This document shows, one piece after another, positions 23,960 to 37,115 of a DNA stretch of 64,000 nt (positions are counted from its first letter, which is position 1; each line of letters begins with the position of its first letter). The notes below the pieces were generated by a model. That model was not told where the DNA came from and ran no database searches. It saw only the letters and a program-made list of their open reading frames with translations. The stretch is from Neoechinorhynchus agilis (lineage: Eukaryota > Animalia > Acanthocephala), in contig CM121341.1 in the NCBI GenBank assembly GCA_051530055.1, positions 10,642,784 through 10,706,783 on the forward strand, in the 5' to 3' direction. Both the position numbers and the translations under genes were made by a program.

Positions 23960-26160
23960 TTTTGTTTAATAAAACTCTCCAAGTGCAGTACAATTTATTA
24001 AACAAAAAAGCTGAACAACAAGAAGCAAAGATATTCATGTCAAGTACGCTCGAGACAACCATGCTTAAAGTTACCGATAATCTATTGAAACCCGATAGAT
24101 TACTCACAGTACCAAGCGATGGCAACTCTCATGAAATATTCGAACACTGGTTTACGACTTTTGAGAATTATATCGAAGATCTTGAAATTGATGACAAAGG
24201 AAAATTGATTCATTTGATAAACTGCGTTGGATCGAGGGTATCAAATTCCAGCTTTTGTCCTTCCTCGACCGTCGCCATCACGCTGGCAGCATTGCCCCGT
24301 TGTACTGCTAGCGAGATATTTTGTCGAAGGAATACGCCGGCTCTTGAGTCTCCGGTTGCCTCTCTCAATTTCTTCGAGAGATCCTGGAGCAGAGTGAGTG
24401 CCGAGCTGCCGAGCGCTCCATACGTCTCTACCCCAAAGGGGACAAAATAGTGAGCCCTCGATAAGTGAAGATATTTCCGTATTTTCCTCCCTTCCGCTGC
24501 ACTGGCGGCACCACCGGCGAACGGAATCACTTAACAACCATCAAACCAAAGCTCCTGAATGTCTAGCAGTCAATTACAACAAACGTGTTTTTTCTGTGGG
24601 AATAGACGCCATCCCAGATCAATATGCCCTGCAAAATATTCCAAATGCAACAAATGCCAGAAAATTGGCCATTACTCAAGAGTATGTAGGTCCATGTCAA
24701 AGATAGCCGCAATCTCGTTACTAGCAATTCAAAATGATTCTCGTTTAACTTCGCAAACAATCACAATAAATAACAAAGACAATTTGTCTGTTCTGTTCGA
24801 TACTGGAAGTTCTCAGGGCTTCATCGATGATCAGCTCGTAAAGCAACTTAATCTCAAAATGATATACAGACAAATGCCGGTAAGATTAGCTTCTGGGGAT
24901 ATAGAACGCAGCACGAGCGGAATAACCCGTTCCGACATTAGATGCAAAGGGATTATCTATGAAAATGTCGAACTGTATGCGCTTAAAAATTTATGTACCG
25001 ATATAATTTTGGGAAGATCATTTTTGAATAAGTTCAAGAAAGTAAAATTCCTTTTTGATGGAGATGGATCGCTTGAATGCATGGCAATGGATGGGTCGAC
25101 CAATAGCGGTGAAATCAAGGAATTATAGTTAACTCCATAAAGTCTTCATTAAAGAGGTAGTTAAACGTATGTTATCGGAAGGAATAATTACCCATAGTCA
25201 GTCTCCTTGGCGGGCGCAGGTATTGATTGTTCGAAGTAACGCAAGTAAGCTTCGAATGGTGATTGAATGTGCATCGACAATCAACAAATATACTGAACTA
25301 GATGCATACCCTCTTTCAAAAATCGACGATCTAGCCCGAGAAGTAGCACAATTTAAATATTTTATGGCCATCGATCTTCGATATGCATACCATCAAATAC
25401 CAATCAACAGGCTGAATAGGATCTTTACAGCATTTGAAGCGAATGGTGGTCTTTATGAATTTACCCGGATTCCATTTGGTATCACTAACGGCGTAGCGGT
25501 TTTTCAGAGAATAATGAATTCGATAATTGATAAAAACAAGCTGAAAGGTATCTATGCATATTTCGACAATATCATAATTTGTGGATCTACAATTGAAGAG
25601 TACGATGCAAATTTAAAAAATTTTAAAAAAATGGTAGAAGATCTTGGTTTGACATTCAATGATAAAAAATACATTTTCAGGACTAATCAGATAGCAATGC
25701 CGGGATACTTAATTTCTTACCAGAGTATAAAACCGGATCCTGAAAGAATAGAGTCTTTTGGCATTAAAACTACCAACAGATAAAACTAGTTTGAAACGTT
25801 GCATGGGAATATTTTCGTACTATTCCAATTGGATATCTGACTATTCAACCAAAATCAACCCGATCATTCGTACCACGGAATTCCCGTTGAATCAAGAATC
25901 TTTAGAAGCTTTTGAATCTATCAAGCAGGAAATCGGGAATGCTGCTCTGAGCTGTCTGAATCCGACTGGACAATTAGTCTTAGAAACCGATGCTTCGGAC
26001 GTTGCCATCGCTGCTACTCTGAGTCAAAACGGAAAATTAATAGCTTTTTCTCACGCACTCTTTCACCTGCAGAAAGAAAGCATCCTGAGATTGAGAAGGA
26101 AGCTCAGGTAATTGTAGAGAGTGTACGAAAATGGAGACACTGGCTAACTGGAAAGTCGTT
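23960..26160 (+). mobile_element. Ty3/Gypsy LTR retrotransposon internal region (gag, protease, RT, RNase H), disrupted
   Basis: CFFCG..HPRSIC..CNKCQKIGHYSRVC; FDTGS; SPW, IDLRYAYHQI, PFG, YFDN; LETDAS; truncated by a PLE at ~26163. Confidence 0.85.
24243..24522 (-). mobile_element. CRE 3' fragment nested in Gypsy gag
   Basis: Near-identical to 1972-2253. Confidence 0.85.
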
Positions 26161-26162
26161 TC

Positions 26163-27435
26163 CCTTCCTCTTGAATGTGCTTCTGAGAGCGATTCCTTTA
26201 GTATTGGATAGACAAATTCCAACCCTCCTTCTCATAACGGAATAAATCATTTGATTCGTGTCATCATCAACGAAGTGCACTCTTTCGAAGCATACAGGCT
26301 CGGCAGACGATTTTTGGTTGTTATGCGGATGGTAGTTACTGTCTGGGATATCTCCTTATTTTCAGCTCCTGTGCTATCCTTTCCCTACTCCATGCAAATC
26401 GAGCAGATGACATAAGAGAAGCTCTCCGGGAGTACGAAGTGACAGCCGAGATTACATGCCTCATCGGTTTTTGAATTGACCAGTGTGGTGGTCCGCATGG
26501 TAGGTTCTCCTTGCGATAAAGTGAAGTGCTAACTTTGCCTTGTGCAGAAAGCTTGACAAGGACGTCCAGGAACGAGATCTCACCCTTGATGTTCTCTTCA
26601 TTGACTGTCCATTGCATGTGTGGATCGTGACTGTTAAGTTCAGCATTTAGTGAATCTCCGTTGTTGTATGAATCAGTCAAAAGAAATACATCGTCCACAT
26701 AACGCCACTACCGATTAAAATGACTATGAAGCTCCAAGAAAATAGTCTCCGAATCCCGTATGAAGATGTCAGCGAAGGTCGGGCTAATGACGATACCATG
26801 GCTACACCATCTTTTTGATCGTGGAAAGGATCCTCAAATTCAAAGGCAGCCATCCATGTGCACCATTGAATTAGTGTATAACAAGTTGCCAGGTCCAAAC
26901 TTGGTCTACTGCAATTCTTAGCTAGTAAATTAGCCGATAATCGATCGTTTTAATCAGCGGGACATTGGTGAACATTGAGTTTACATCGGCCGTAAACATC
27001 CTGTAGAGCTTAACGTTAATTTTCCTGATCTCATTCGCAAACGTGTGTCCATCCTTGATGTGTGAGGAGGAAATGCTTAAAATCAATCGTAATAAAGCAT
27101 TCATTATTTTTGATAGGCGATGATTGAAAGAAATATAACTGGCTATAATTGAACGGTATTGCAGGATGGGTTTGTGAATCTTCGGGAGGAGATAGAGAAA
27201 CGCACATTTAGTCGATGATGATCGTGTCATGTTGTAAAATTGAGGACTGATCAGAGACCGGTTCACCAAATTCCTGAGGAAACCGTTAAGTTTAGTTTCT
27301 CTGCTTCTCGTGGGATCTCTAGCCAACCTCTCAAATTTGTGCGAGTTAAGAAGATCCAAAGCCCTGTTTTGATAACCTTCCATGTCCACAGCTACTAAAG
27401 CACGTCCTTTGTCGGATTATCAAATCACAAGGGCC
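26163..27435 (-). mobile_element. Penelope-like P1 RT fragment
   Basis: YLLPKIHKP..RSII, FTADVNSMFTNVP, YVDDVF, ISFLDV, TSLYRKE; near-identical to 39045-40295. Confidence 0.85.
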
Positions 27436-27436
27436 T

Positions 27437-27740
27437 TTGCAATTGCAGGGCCCGGGGAAATCCTGCAGAGTACCGTTGGCCACCCATTTTGCTAACCACC
27501 ACAATAATGTTAGCCCAGCCTTGGCGGTGGGGGTTCTCTACAGGGCATCTGATCCTGTAGACCTTTCCATTGCCGAGGCTCTGCTTATTGGTCGTGGGGG
27601 AGTAGCAGGATCGGTGGCACCAACGGAGGAGTTACTCGATTGGAAGGATGAATTGTCCGACAGTTTATCCCTTTTCTGACTTTTTCAGAGCGAGGGAGAG
27701 TCCCCGAAGAAGCCGTGAAGCGGCGAAAATTCGGACAAAA
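27437..27740 (+). mobile_element. 3' end of a second PLE family with minimal hammerhead (family C)
   Basis: LATHF..DLSIAEALLI; GTCC-CCGAAGA-A-GCCG..CGGC-GAA-AATT-C-GGAC at 27700-27736. Confidence 0.7.
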
Positions 27741-28440
27741 TTAAAAATAAAAACATCGTACTCGGGAACGTTTTGGGGAAAATCTATCTGTAATTTTCTT
27801 CTGTTTTTTAAGGGTTAGGAGAAATTTATTAAAATCCTTTTCACGCTTTTCAGTTGGACAAACATTTAGCTTTTTAAACTCATTTCCGGATAAAATTTCA
27901 TTTTTGAGAATTTCAAAATCATTTTCATTTAAAACACAATACCCATTCCCTTTATCTATTTTCAATATTTCAATCCCCTTAAAACTTTTTATTAAATTGA
28001 TTCCACGCTGCATTCGCTTTGGCATATTCGAGTTGTGCTGTTGTATTGAGTCATGATATACTTTTTGAATTTTCCATGTCTCGATCGGTATATTATCTTT
28101 TTGCATCTGGCTCAATAACTTTTCCAAGTTAATGTATGTATCCATCTTATTTCCATTATATTTAGGTATAAATTCTGGTCCAAAAGACAAGAGTTCAATA
28201 ACTTCCTTTGGTAGAGTAACACTCGATGTGTTGATTACATTATTATGTGTGGAGGTATTGAAATAATATCTTTTTGTCAGACTTTGTAGTTTTTTAATGT
28301 GTCTTTTCTGAATAATCGCTTTCTCTTCATCACAAATATCATTTAACGCATCTTCTATAAGACCACAGATCGAGGGATCGTAGGTAGTTTTGATTGAGTT
28401 TATCTATGAGTCATATAATTGCATATCCTTCTTGATCGAT
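27741..28440 (-). mobile_element. N-terminal fragment of a third PLE family
   Basis: LSFGPEFIP..ILKIDKGNGYCVL. Confidence 0.7.
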
Positions 28441-28456
28441 GTTTTGAGATTTTGTA

Positions 28457-28760
28457 TTGTTCTGCTATACTTATGAGCACAAATACGCATTGAGGAGGCA
28501 AGATAAAAATTCTGCGATAGTGAATCATGTAGATAACACAGGACACTCAATCGATTTTAATGACACAAAAATATTGGGCCGTAGCGACGACCGATACACT
28601 CGTATCATAACTGAAGCGGTCTATATTAAAAATAACGAAATAATGGAAGGCAACAAGCCCGATTATATCCTCAAAATGAGGATTATATAAATTCTCCATA
28701 TCTTATTTTTACATCTGAAGAAGACCCACGTTGAGGTCGAAATATTATATACATTGTGTA
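28457..28760 (+). mobile_element. PLE GIY-YIG C-terminus plus minimal hammerhead
   Basis: HKYALRRQDKNSAIVNHV..TGHSIDF..ITEAVYI; CTGAAGA-A-GACC..GGTC-GAA-ATAT-T at 28715-28746. Confidence 0.75.
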
Positions 28761-29115
28761 TATTCTTTTACCAATAAAATCACCTTTTTATCAACGAGTC
28801 CGGTCCCTTGTTCAGCAAATTCAGTTCCCTTGAGGAAAAGGTGTGTTTTAATTTATTCACAAAGTATCCGCGCTCTTCGAATGTTCTTGGTCTTAATTGT
28901 TAAAACTTCCTGGTTCATGGTTATATGCTTTTCTGCAATTGATACTCTTAAATTGACGTACTCATTGACTCCTTAGCTGTGTGTCCAACACAATGAAAGG
29001 AAATATAGCGAATTTTAGCTTGAAACTCTAAGCCAGCGACGTGTTAAAAATCAATGCTAAAATAATGGAAAAAACGTATTATAGCGCCGGGGGGAGTCGA
29101 GCGGATAATTGGCCC

Positions 29116-32100
29116 CGAGGAGGCCGTTTCGATTATTATCTAGCTCCGAACATTGCAAGAATGCGTGCAAATTTTGGTTCGCAAATTTGCTCTGACAATT
29201 CTTTGGATCATTTAAGACCCCCGGATACTCCAGACAGACCGGGAACCTCTAACGTCAGCATTGGTGAAGGTAGAGATTTGTTAGATAAAATTCCTAATTC
29301 AGGTTTTGATGGAGCTCTGGGTTCATCGCTTCCCATAAACCAGGAAGGTGGTTATCACTGTGGTATCTCCGGTTTTGATGGAGATTTGGGAGCATCGTTG
29401 AAAAATAGGTATAATCTCCGACCAGTTAAAAAGGAAGGACTATATTTTTGTCATTAAAAATGAAGATCTGCTCAAAAAAGAAATCGGAATAAAAAATATC
29501 GCAAAAGAATTCGCCAAAGCTAATCCGAAAAATTCTAAGATTTTCAAAAGAATATTTCAATATTCCCATAAAATTGTCCTTTTTTCAGAAAAATATAAGA
29601 AGGATTTCCTGAAATACCTATCTACCATTCCCTACTCAGATTTCGCCAGGGAATGCAACATCTTGATGCTAAAAGATAAAAAATATATAAGAAATCAGTT
29701 GGTAATAATATTTTTAAAATACTTTAAGCCAAATTGCCAAATGTAATGTTGGGACAGACATTGACGATGCATGTAGAAGGGACTGGTTGCCGATCGGATT
29801 ACTTGGTTTTAACGTCACCTTCGCAGTATTCAAGAATAAGATGGATGATTTTTTAGGGTTGGGGGCACACGGCATACAAATGCGGTAAAAATGCAGCTTG
29901 CACTCACTGCAGTGGGGAGCACCTGTTCAGTAATTGCAAAAAACAAATGCTGTAGAAAATGTGTTAACTGCATTTTGAACCATATGGCATACGATACCAG
30001 ATGCGAGGACGCAAAAAGGTATTTGAATTTTTTCATTAGCAGTGCCAGATTTGAAGTCCATCAAATCAGATTTTATTAGAAATGAGAATAAGGAATTGAA
30101 AAGTTCCTTAAAAAGCTTAATTAAAACCATAGAAAAGGTTAGAATGGGAGGGGGCGACGTTGAAGGTCGAGGAGGCATTAAAAAGAGCTTTGTCTATTCC
30201 CAGCCTGGAAGCTACCAAACCCGATTCGGGACCGACCAAGAAGGTATATTCAAACAGATAGTGTTCGTTTTTTTACATGTAATATTGGGTAATCCAGGAA
30301 CTTAGATAAATTAGATAATGATTTGTTTGGTGGGTTTTTACAAGATTCAGGGACCTTCCATCATTTGGCTTACCTATTTATGAATGTTCTTTAACTAAGC
30401 CAATCTACCCATCAAATAGCAAAAACTACTCCGGTGGTTTACAATCATTTTTGAGAAAAGATATTCAACCGAAAATGATATGTGAAATTCATACGAATGA
30501 GCACGTTATTCAGATAATATCATCCCTGAATCCCTTTCTAAATAAGGAAGCTTATTGCGGGCCCCTTAAAATAATTTGGGTGAATTTCTACCGCAATCCA
30601 AAGTGTAACATTAGAAAATCATTAGAGGTCATGAAAGAGCTCTTAGAAGTTTGGAAGCCTGATATCATGACCGGTGACTTCAATAATAATTACTTGAATG
30701 CCTATAGAAGCTTATTCTCATCTAACTATCTCACCGTTATCTCTCAAGAACCCTCGTTCCACAATTGGTCGCAGAGGTTTAAATGCTTTATTCACTTTGG
30801 AAATCCAAATGAGAATGAGCTGGCGTCTGGGTCATGATGCTTCGTTCTTCACAAGCACTGGCCGAGTCTCTGAAAAAGCGTATAAAATTAACACCAAATC
30901 TATTTTGTTTTTTAATAAATTTTTATTGGAACGAATTACCGCACGCAGGCCAAGGAACTGAGGCCCATTTCCATTTCCATAACTGAAAGAGCGATAGCAT
31001 GGAAGCTCTTAGATTTCGTTCAAGATAATCATTTAATTCCGCCTCCACAGTCTGATTGAACAATTAGTTGAGTTATCTAGAGAAAGACAACGATATGTCA
31101 ATGTGTTGCTACAATTAGACATATCGAAAGCATTCGATGAAATTGATCGCTCTTTTATATATAAGAATTTAAGATTTGTCAAAGTGCCTAAAAAACTTAT
31201 CTACCATACTATAATCCTATTAGAGACAAAGGGGGCCTTTTTTGAGCTTGATAAGGATAAGAGAATTTTCCATCCTGTTCATGGAGTCACCTTTATCACC
31301 ATTCTTGTTAGTGGTAGCTATGTCTTTTTATTCAAAAACTTCAAGCTTAAAAATGGATCTGAAATTTTCGTTTACGCGGACGATATTTTCTTTTTTTATC
31401 AGAGAGGTTTCTGAGAAATATCCCAGAGGCAATTAAAAGTTGCTTGCAGAAAATAGGAAAACTACTGGGGAAAGCTCATCTGGATATAAATCTCCAAAAA
31501 TGTCTTATTATCCCTAACAACCAGACCAGAGCAACTAATCTTAGAACTTTAACACTTTTATCTAATTTTAGAGAGTTGCCGAAGGTTTCGAAAAATAGCA
31601 AGTTATTAGGACTTAAGGTCCCGTTATTTGGATACCCGATTTACGACTTGGGAAGGATTCGAAATATGTTTTATAAAGCTAAACTCATATTGAAAAGGGG
31701 GAAGCGTTTAGGTCTAAATGATAAAATGGTGATAAATATAATTAAAACCCTTATTTTTGGTACAATTTGTTTTTTTATAAGGGGCAGACTGCCAGAACAA
31801 CGATTAATGATGTTTTTTAAAATCTTCCCGATTGTTAAAAAGATCAAGTTTTTATCAGTTGAATCAAATAAGGCATTGAATAAAGATCTGGCGATTTTCT
31901 TTTTATCCAAAATATGGTTTTATAGCTGTAAATATAAATTCGCAAAACTTTTTTTTAATACACACAATCAAATGTGCCTGCAACTAATGAAAGCAAAGTT
32001 TGATTCAACTAATTTTAAAGAAATTATAATCCGAGACTTCTTAGAATCATTTGTACTCCCCTTCACAAACGGTGAGTTACCTTAACAGATCATAGTAACA

Positions 32101-32285
32101 TTTATAGGAAATGGAAGTATTCGAAACTAAACACGGCTAAATGCACTTATTCTCTGTTTTGATAATTGCGCAGAGACACAAAAGTGTGCGCAAAAAGACT
32201 AAATCTCAAGCAATAGTAGAAAAGGATTGTAATGGAGGTTCTTAGAAAATGAATGATTGTAACCAGTATGAGTTAATAAATAAAT
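29116..32285 (+). mobile_element. Decayed APE-type LINE inserted into the PLE terminal repeat
   Basis: 10-bp target duplication TAATTGGCCC (29106-29115, 32286-32295); zinc knuckles, GDFN, LDISKAFD, YADD, (ATAA)n tail. Confidence 0.85.
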
Positions 32286-32598
32286 TAATTGGCCCTGAAC
32301 TTCGGGTTTTGCGATCTCGCGCACTTGAGCTTAAAACTTGAATGTGAAAATCATATTTTTAGATGACTGATGAGGCGAGGTTACCTCTCGAAATATCTCC
32401 AATAAATAAAATACGTAATGACCGGGAGTATTTTCACTTAAATTATACTTTGACTAACCCGAAGGATTTTCTATAGATGAAAAGTTCGACTATTTATAGC
32501 TCATTGTACATTGAAGATTAAACTTCTGGTTGCCATATACTACGCTATTTATTTAAATGTTGTCAATTAGTGGCATGATGTCATTTTTTGTAAGTTTG

Positions 32599-33000
32599 TT
32601 AGTCAAGTTGATTGGTTTGATCCATTGGATCTTTACTGTTCCACCGATATCGACGAAGCTGTTACATCCTCGACTGTTGCGGGATTGCTGAGCGGATGAC
32701 CAGGAACGACCGACCAATAAGATTTTCTGGGGCTTCCGATTGTTGCAATCTTGCGAAATGCTCGATTGTAACAAAGAGTTCTCCTTACCGTGCTCTAAAT
32801 TCGGACAAATCAATATTTTTTATAAAATACACATAACAAACCCTCCAAGCCTTGTATTCGCTTCCGTCCTGTCGAATAGCAAAATAAGGAACGTTTCCAA
32901 TAATGTGGCGGTAAATTTCCTTAACGCTTAGTCGGCCACTACTACTTTCGTTAATGGCCGCGGCGATTATTGGCGCATAAGGCGGGCGCCCAAAGTTCAT
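32599..33000 (-). CDS. Forkhead protein, copy 2 (small in-frame insertion in exon 2)
   Basis: Exon 1 translation identical to copy 1; same GT-AG intron. Confidence 0.8.
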
Positions 33001-34070
33001 TTGATTGCCTTCGCTCTTCGGGGTGATTATTCAATGATCGAATCCTATTGATCACTTGCATAAGTAAGAAAAATCGTTTCACTTTATCCGCTAATTGCAA
33101 AGTACAAACTCATTTCATCATTTTTCGGTTTGTTGACTAGCAAAACTTTTGCGTCTTTTAAAAACTTACAAACGTTCAGTGTTTTTGTTTTTGTTAATTA
33201 ATGTACATTGTTGACGGTGGCCGTTCGGATTATCGGCAAAATAGCTTTTTTAGTAAGAAACAATAAAACCAAAGTCGCGTACAACTAAATTGTTGATTTC
33301 CGCGCTTCATTCTCAACTTTCTGGTTTGACACGAAATTATCACAAATGCACTTTCGTCACTTAATAAATAATCATCAGGATGGATCACAAATTAACCTTG
33401 TAGTTGATTCCTCGCAACCTTTCTTTTATTGATTTTATGTTTTTGTATTTTGGTGTTTGTGTTGCATTTTCGGTCAAATTTATGACTAGGAATTTTCTTT
33501 ATCTGCTTCTAATGGGTAGTCGTTTCAAAAAAGATTGCCTTTTAACCTGCTACTGTAATTGGAACTTTTGTAATTGTAATTATCAACTCACTATTAAATT
33601 TCTTGGACTGCAAAACATGGTTTAACTCTTAATAGATCAACTTTTTCCCTATTAAGGACAATGAAAAAGCTTAACAAACTGTTTTCTGTGAATTTTAATG
33701 TTTCTTAGTGTTCAAAAATAACTCATGTTCTCTCATTGGAATAAAAATAACTGGCATCCTTTTTGGTTTTAAGTTTATTTGTGCTCGACTTGCACAAAAT
33801 TAGTCCAATCTCACAGATTTTAGGAATCAACAGGTCAATTTATTCATCACAGAAATCGAGTTAAATGACGGTTTTAAACGGCGCATTCAATTCCATTATA
33901 ATTTTCTAAGGATTTCAATGTATTTTTACGAGGAATCGACATGCTGTCGACATATTTTCTTTTCGTAAATTAATCAGCTTAAACATATAACGAGATTAAC
34001 TTTTCCATAACGTCGATTAACCTTTGTTTAGAGATTTTTTATTTGCACAAAACAACAATGCGACAGGTAA

Positions 34071-35228
34071 TCAGTTTAGTCTTTGTGAACATAAATTCAG
34101 TGAGTCGGTTTCTAACCATAACAAAAAAAGATAAAATAAAATTTTGAATAACAAGTTAGTCCGTCTACGTGAGATTCTACCGATTGTGTTCTTCATTTCG
34201 GTTTGTTCGTTGTTGCAAGATTCGTCGGATATGCCTATGTTCAAATTGATCTGTTCGCAATCATCCATTGTTGTTCGATTATCAAGATCAAGCTCCAGTC
34301 TTGTCGAAAGATTGAAACATATTGAACGTTGGAACAAAAGGACGTAAGCATGAAGAAGTGAACGACGAATAGACTTCGTCCTCGTACCCAATTGAATCTT
34401 TTCGTCATCTGCAATTAGCCATCGGTAGAGTTCTTGCCTTACAATTGCTGTATAATGGCCATACTCCGTACTGTCCGAATGATGGCAAACTGCGGAGCTG
34501 AGATCGTAACGATAGCAAAATTCTCGGCACAAACCAGGTAAATAAAAACTCGTTGGAATTGTAATGTTGTGACCATTCTTTAGATTGCCAATCGTATTAA
34601 ATATCGTAACGATCAAGCAATCAGGACTTTCTGTGGTTACCCGAGTCTCCTTAGTTCGTCCTCCGCATTCCTCGCATGGAATTACACAATCGTTTGGAGT
34701 TCCAATGTAGCTGCGAAGAAGCTCACACAGATTCTGTTTCCCATTATTTGCGAAAATTGGTATCATTTCGGATTCTTCAAAACGATAACTCACGGCACCG
34801 CATTCTTCACATTTGTAGCTCAATGAAAAGTTACATTTGTAAGATCCGATCGCAGTCGAACAGATATCAGCAAACTCAACAGGATGATTTTTAGCAAAGT
34901 CATCGATAGTTTGATTTAATGCAATCATCATGAACTCATTCGCATCGGACTGTCTATTGAAGTTTATTCCGTTGACGAAAGTAAGTCGTTGAATCAGTCG
35001 CTTAGCGGCATCGAATGGACCGAGTTTAACATTTTTCATTCGCCGTAAAATTCTCTTTAATTCACATTTTAAACAAAAGACATTATCATTAATGTCATAA
35101 GTGCACTCCGTCTCGGTTTCGGCGCTGATAAATTGGTGAAATGGACGGTTGTAGAAGATTGCTTGAAGAACGGAATTTACAAAGCATTTGAACGATCCGT
35201 TTTTAAGTCCAACTGCTTGGTTGCTCAT
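34071..35228 (-). CDS. Ubiquitin-specific protease, copy 2
   Basis: 385 aa, a handful of substitutions relative to 15843-17000. Confidence 0.9.
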   Translation of the reverse strand: MSNQAVGLKNGSFKCFVNSVLQAIFYNRPFHQFISAETETECTYDINDNVFCLKCELKRILRRMKNVKLGPFDAAKRLIQRLTFVNGINFNRQSDANEFMMIALNQTIDDFAKNHPVEFADICSTAIGSYKCNFSLSYKCEECGAVSYRFEESEMIPIFANNGKQNLCELLRSYIGTPNDCVIPCEECGGRTKETRVTTESPDCLIVTIFNTIGNLKNGHNITIPTSFYLPGLCREFCYRYDLSSAVCHHSDSTEYGHYTAIVRQELYRWLIADDEKIQLGTRTKSIRRSLLHAYVLLFQRSICFNLSTRLELDLDNRTTMDDCEQINLNIGISDESCNNEQTEMKNTIGRISRRRTNLLFKILFYLFLLWLETDSLNLCSQRLN

Positions 35229-36124
35229 TGTCTAAATTAAAATTGTAAATAGAATTTCTATTGAGTTATTAGGTCAAATTTGAGTGAATACAGCGGGAGA
35301 AATTTCGATCACTGCCGGTCCCAGTGAAAAGATTTGGACGGATTTCTGTTAATAGATTCGCAGTTCAGTTTTTCGCAGGAATATAACGTGATTTGCGCTT
35401 ATTTTGCGTTCGTTTCGGTGGCCACCTTTACTGTTTTTGGAAAATGAGCGTAATACAAAATTTGCTGTTTACGTAAATAATACTAATTTTAGAAAATATT
35501 TTCTATGAAAATGGTAGCAAATTTTTCGGAGTTTATCTGCGGTTATTTAATTTTTTATAGTCGAACAATAGAATATTGAATGCTCATGCAATATTGCTGA
35601 AATCAAAAACGCGATTACCATTAAACGTCAAATAACATTAAATATTGAGCTTCTTCGCAAAGTATTTACTTCAGAATTTCCTTGATTTCGTGCCATGAAG
35701 GGTTTCGTTTTAAACCAAAAAGATCTCCAACTGAGCAAACTTTTCCGTTTGTCAACATCGTGAACAATTTATTTATTATTTCGTTTTCACGACTAGAGTC
35801 AATTGAGGGATTCCACAAAGATTAATTGACCACAAATAATGCTTAAGGGTAAATATATTACTTTATACAATTTTTCGGCTCCTTCAGTTTTCGGTTTTAA
35901 ATTACTATTCAAATATATAGTTACTGACCGCCATACAAACGTTCAACGATGCTAAATCCAAGGTTCAATAAATGCATCGCAAGAAGTTAGGTATTTTTTG
36001 TTTTTTATGTAAACAAAGGTCTATTTTTAAGTTTTTTTTACTAGCAAGCCGGTATTGTTATCATCTTTAAATTTTAGTCTATCCCTTTCTTGTCCGGCTT
36101 ATTTTTTTAGGCATAAAGCCAAAC

Positions 36125-36359
36125 GAATTACATCAGAGAAGTGATATAACCACATAGTCTCTGATGCACGGTTAAGAGTTTGTACATTCCTCCGGATTCT
36201 CAGATACTTCCAGGAGGCGGGACTCATCAGTGAGTTTCCTCCCTTCAGCGGTATTTCGTCCCCTTTGGCTGTGCGTCATTGGTGGTAACGGATTCGAACA
36301 ACTTGACCCCTAATCGGGATCACGGGCATTAGTCCACTTGACCACCTCGACACAACTAC
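36125..36359 (-). mobile_element. Family-A hammerhead SINE
   Basis: Orthologous to the 17885-18117 copy; hammerhead strands at 36198-36262. Confidence 0.85.
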
Positions 36360-36924
36360 GAAATGTCAAACTCAGCCAGTTCATCGACTGGTTCGTTTTC
36401 TTAGCTAACAATTGAGGTAACCGCCTCTTTGACGAAATTTCCAACTAGGCTTTTTCCTTAGAGTTCCCTCTCGATTAGCGCTTTTTGAAGGTCTTCGCCT
36501 GGCAAGCTTCCGGAAATGAGGTGCCCATTTCGATTTTTGTTAGTAGCTTTATTTCGTAATGAGCTTGCCAAGTAATATTAGTGAGTAGCGAAAAAATCGA
36601 ACATCCTTATATTTATTGGTCGCAGACAATACCTGTAATTAGTTCGGGATCTGTCGTCGGAGTTATCCTTATCCATCAACGTTGAAGCGTGAGTCATCAT
36701 CTAAATCGCACTAGAGATTTTCAATACTAATTCTAAAGGCGAATACACAGACCAGCATGGAAAAGATAAATTCTAAGTAAAAATATATTACATGGTGAAG
36801 AGATGACCAATGTTGTCAAAATAATAATCAATACCTTTGTCTATTTGTAGCATTATGCTTATTTTTTCGATACATCGATTTCGGCCTGGGAAGCGCTTTT
36901 CTTTGCTCAATGCCCAAGACCGTA

Positions 36925-37115
36925 CGGTTATAAGTTTGTACATTCCTCCAGATCCTCAGATACCTCCCGGAGGCGGGACTCATCAGTGAGTTTCCTCCCT
37001 TCAGCGGTATTTCGTCCCCTTTGGCTGTGCGTCATTGGTGGTAACGGATTCGAACCACTTGATGCCTAATCGGGATCACGGGCATTAGTCCACTTGACCT
37101 CCTCGACACAACTAC
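36925..37115 (-). mobile_element. Family-A hammerhead SINE, best-preserved copy
   Basis: Perfect B box GGTTCGAATCC; GGGAC-GAAA-TACC..CTCA-CTGATGA-GTCCC..GGTA-TC-TGAG at 36955-37018. Confidence 0.85.
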
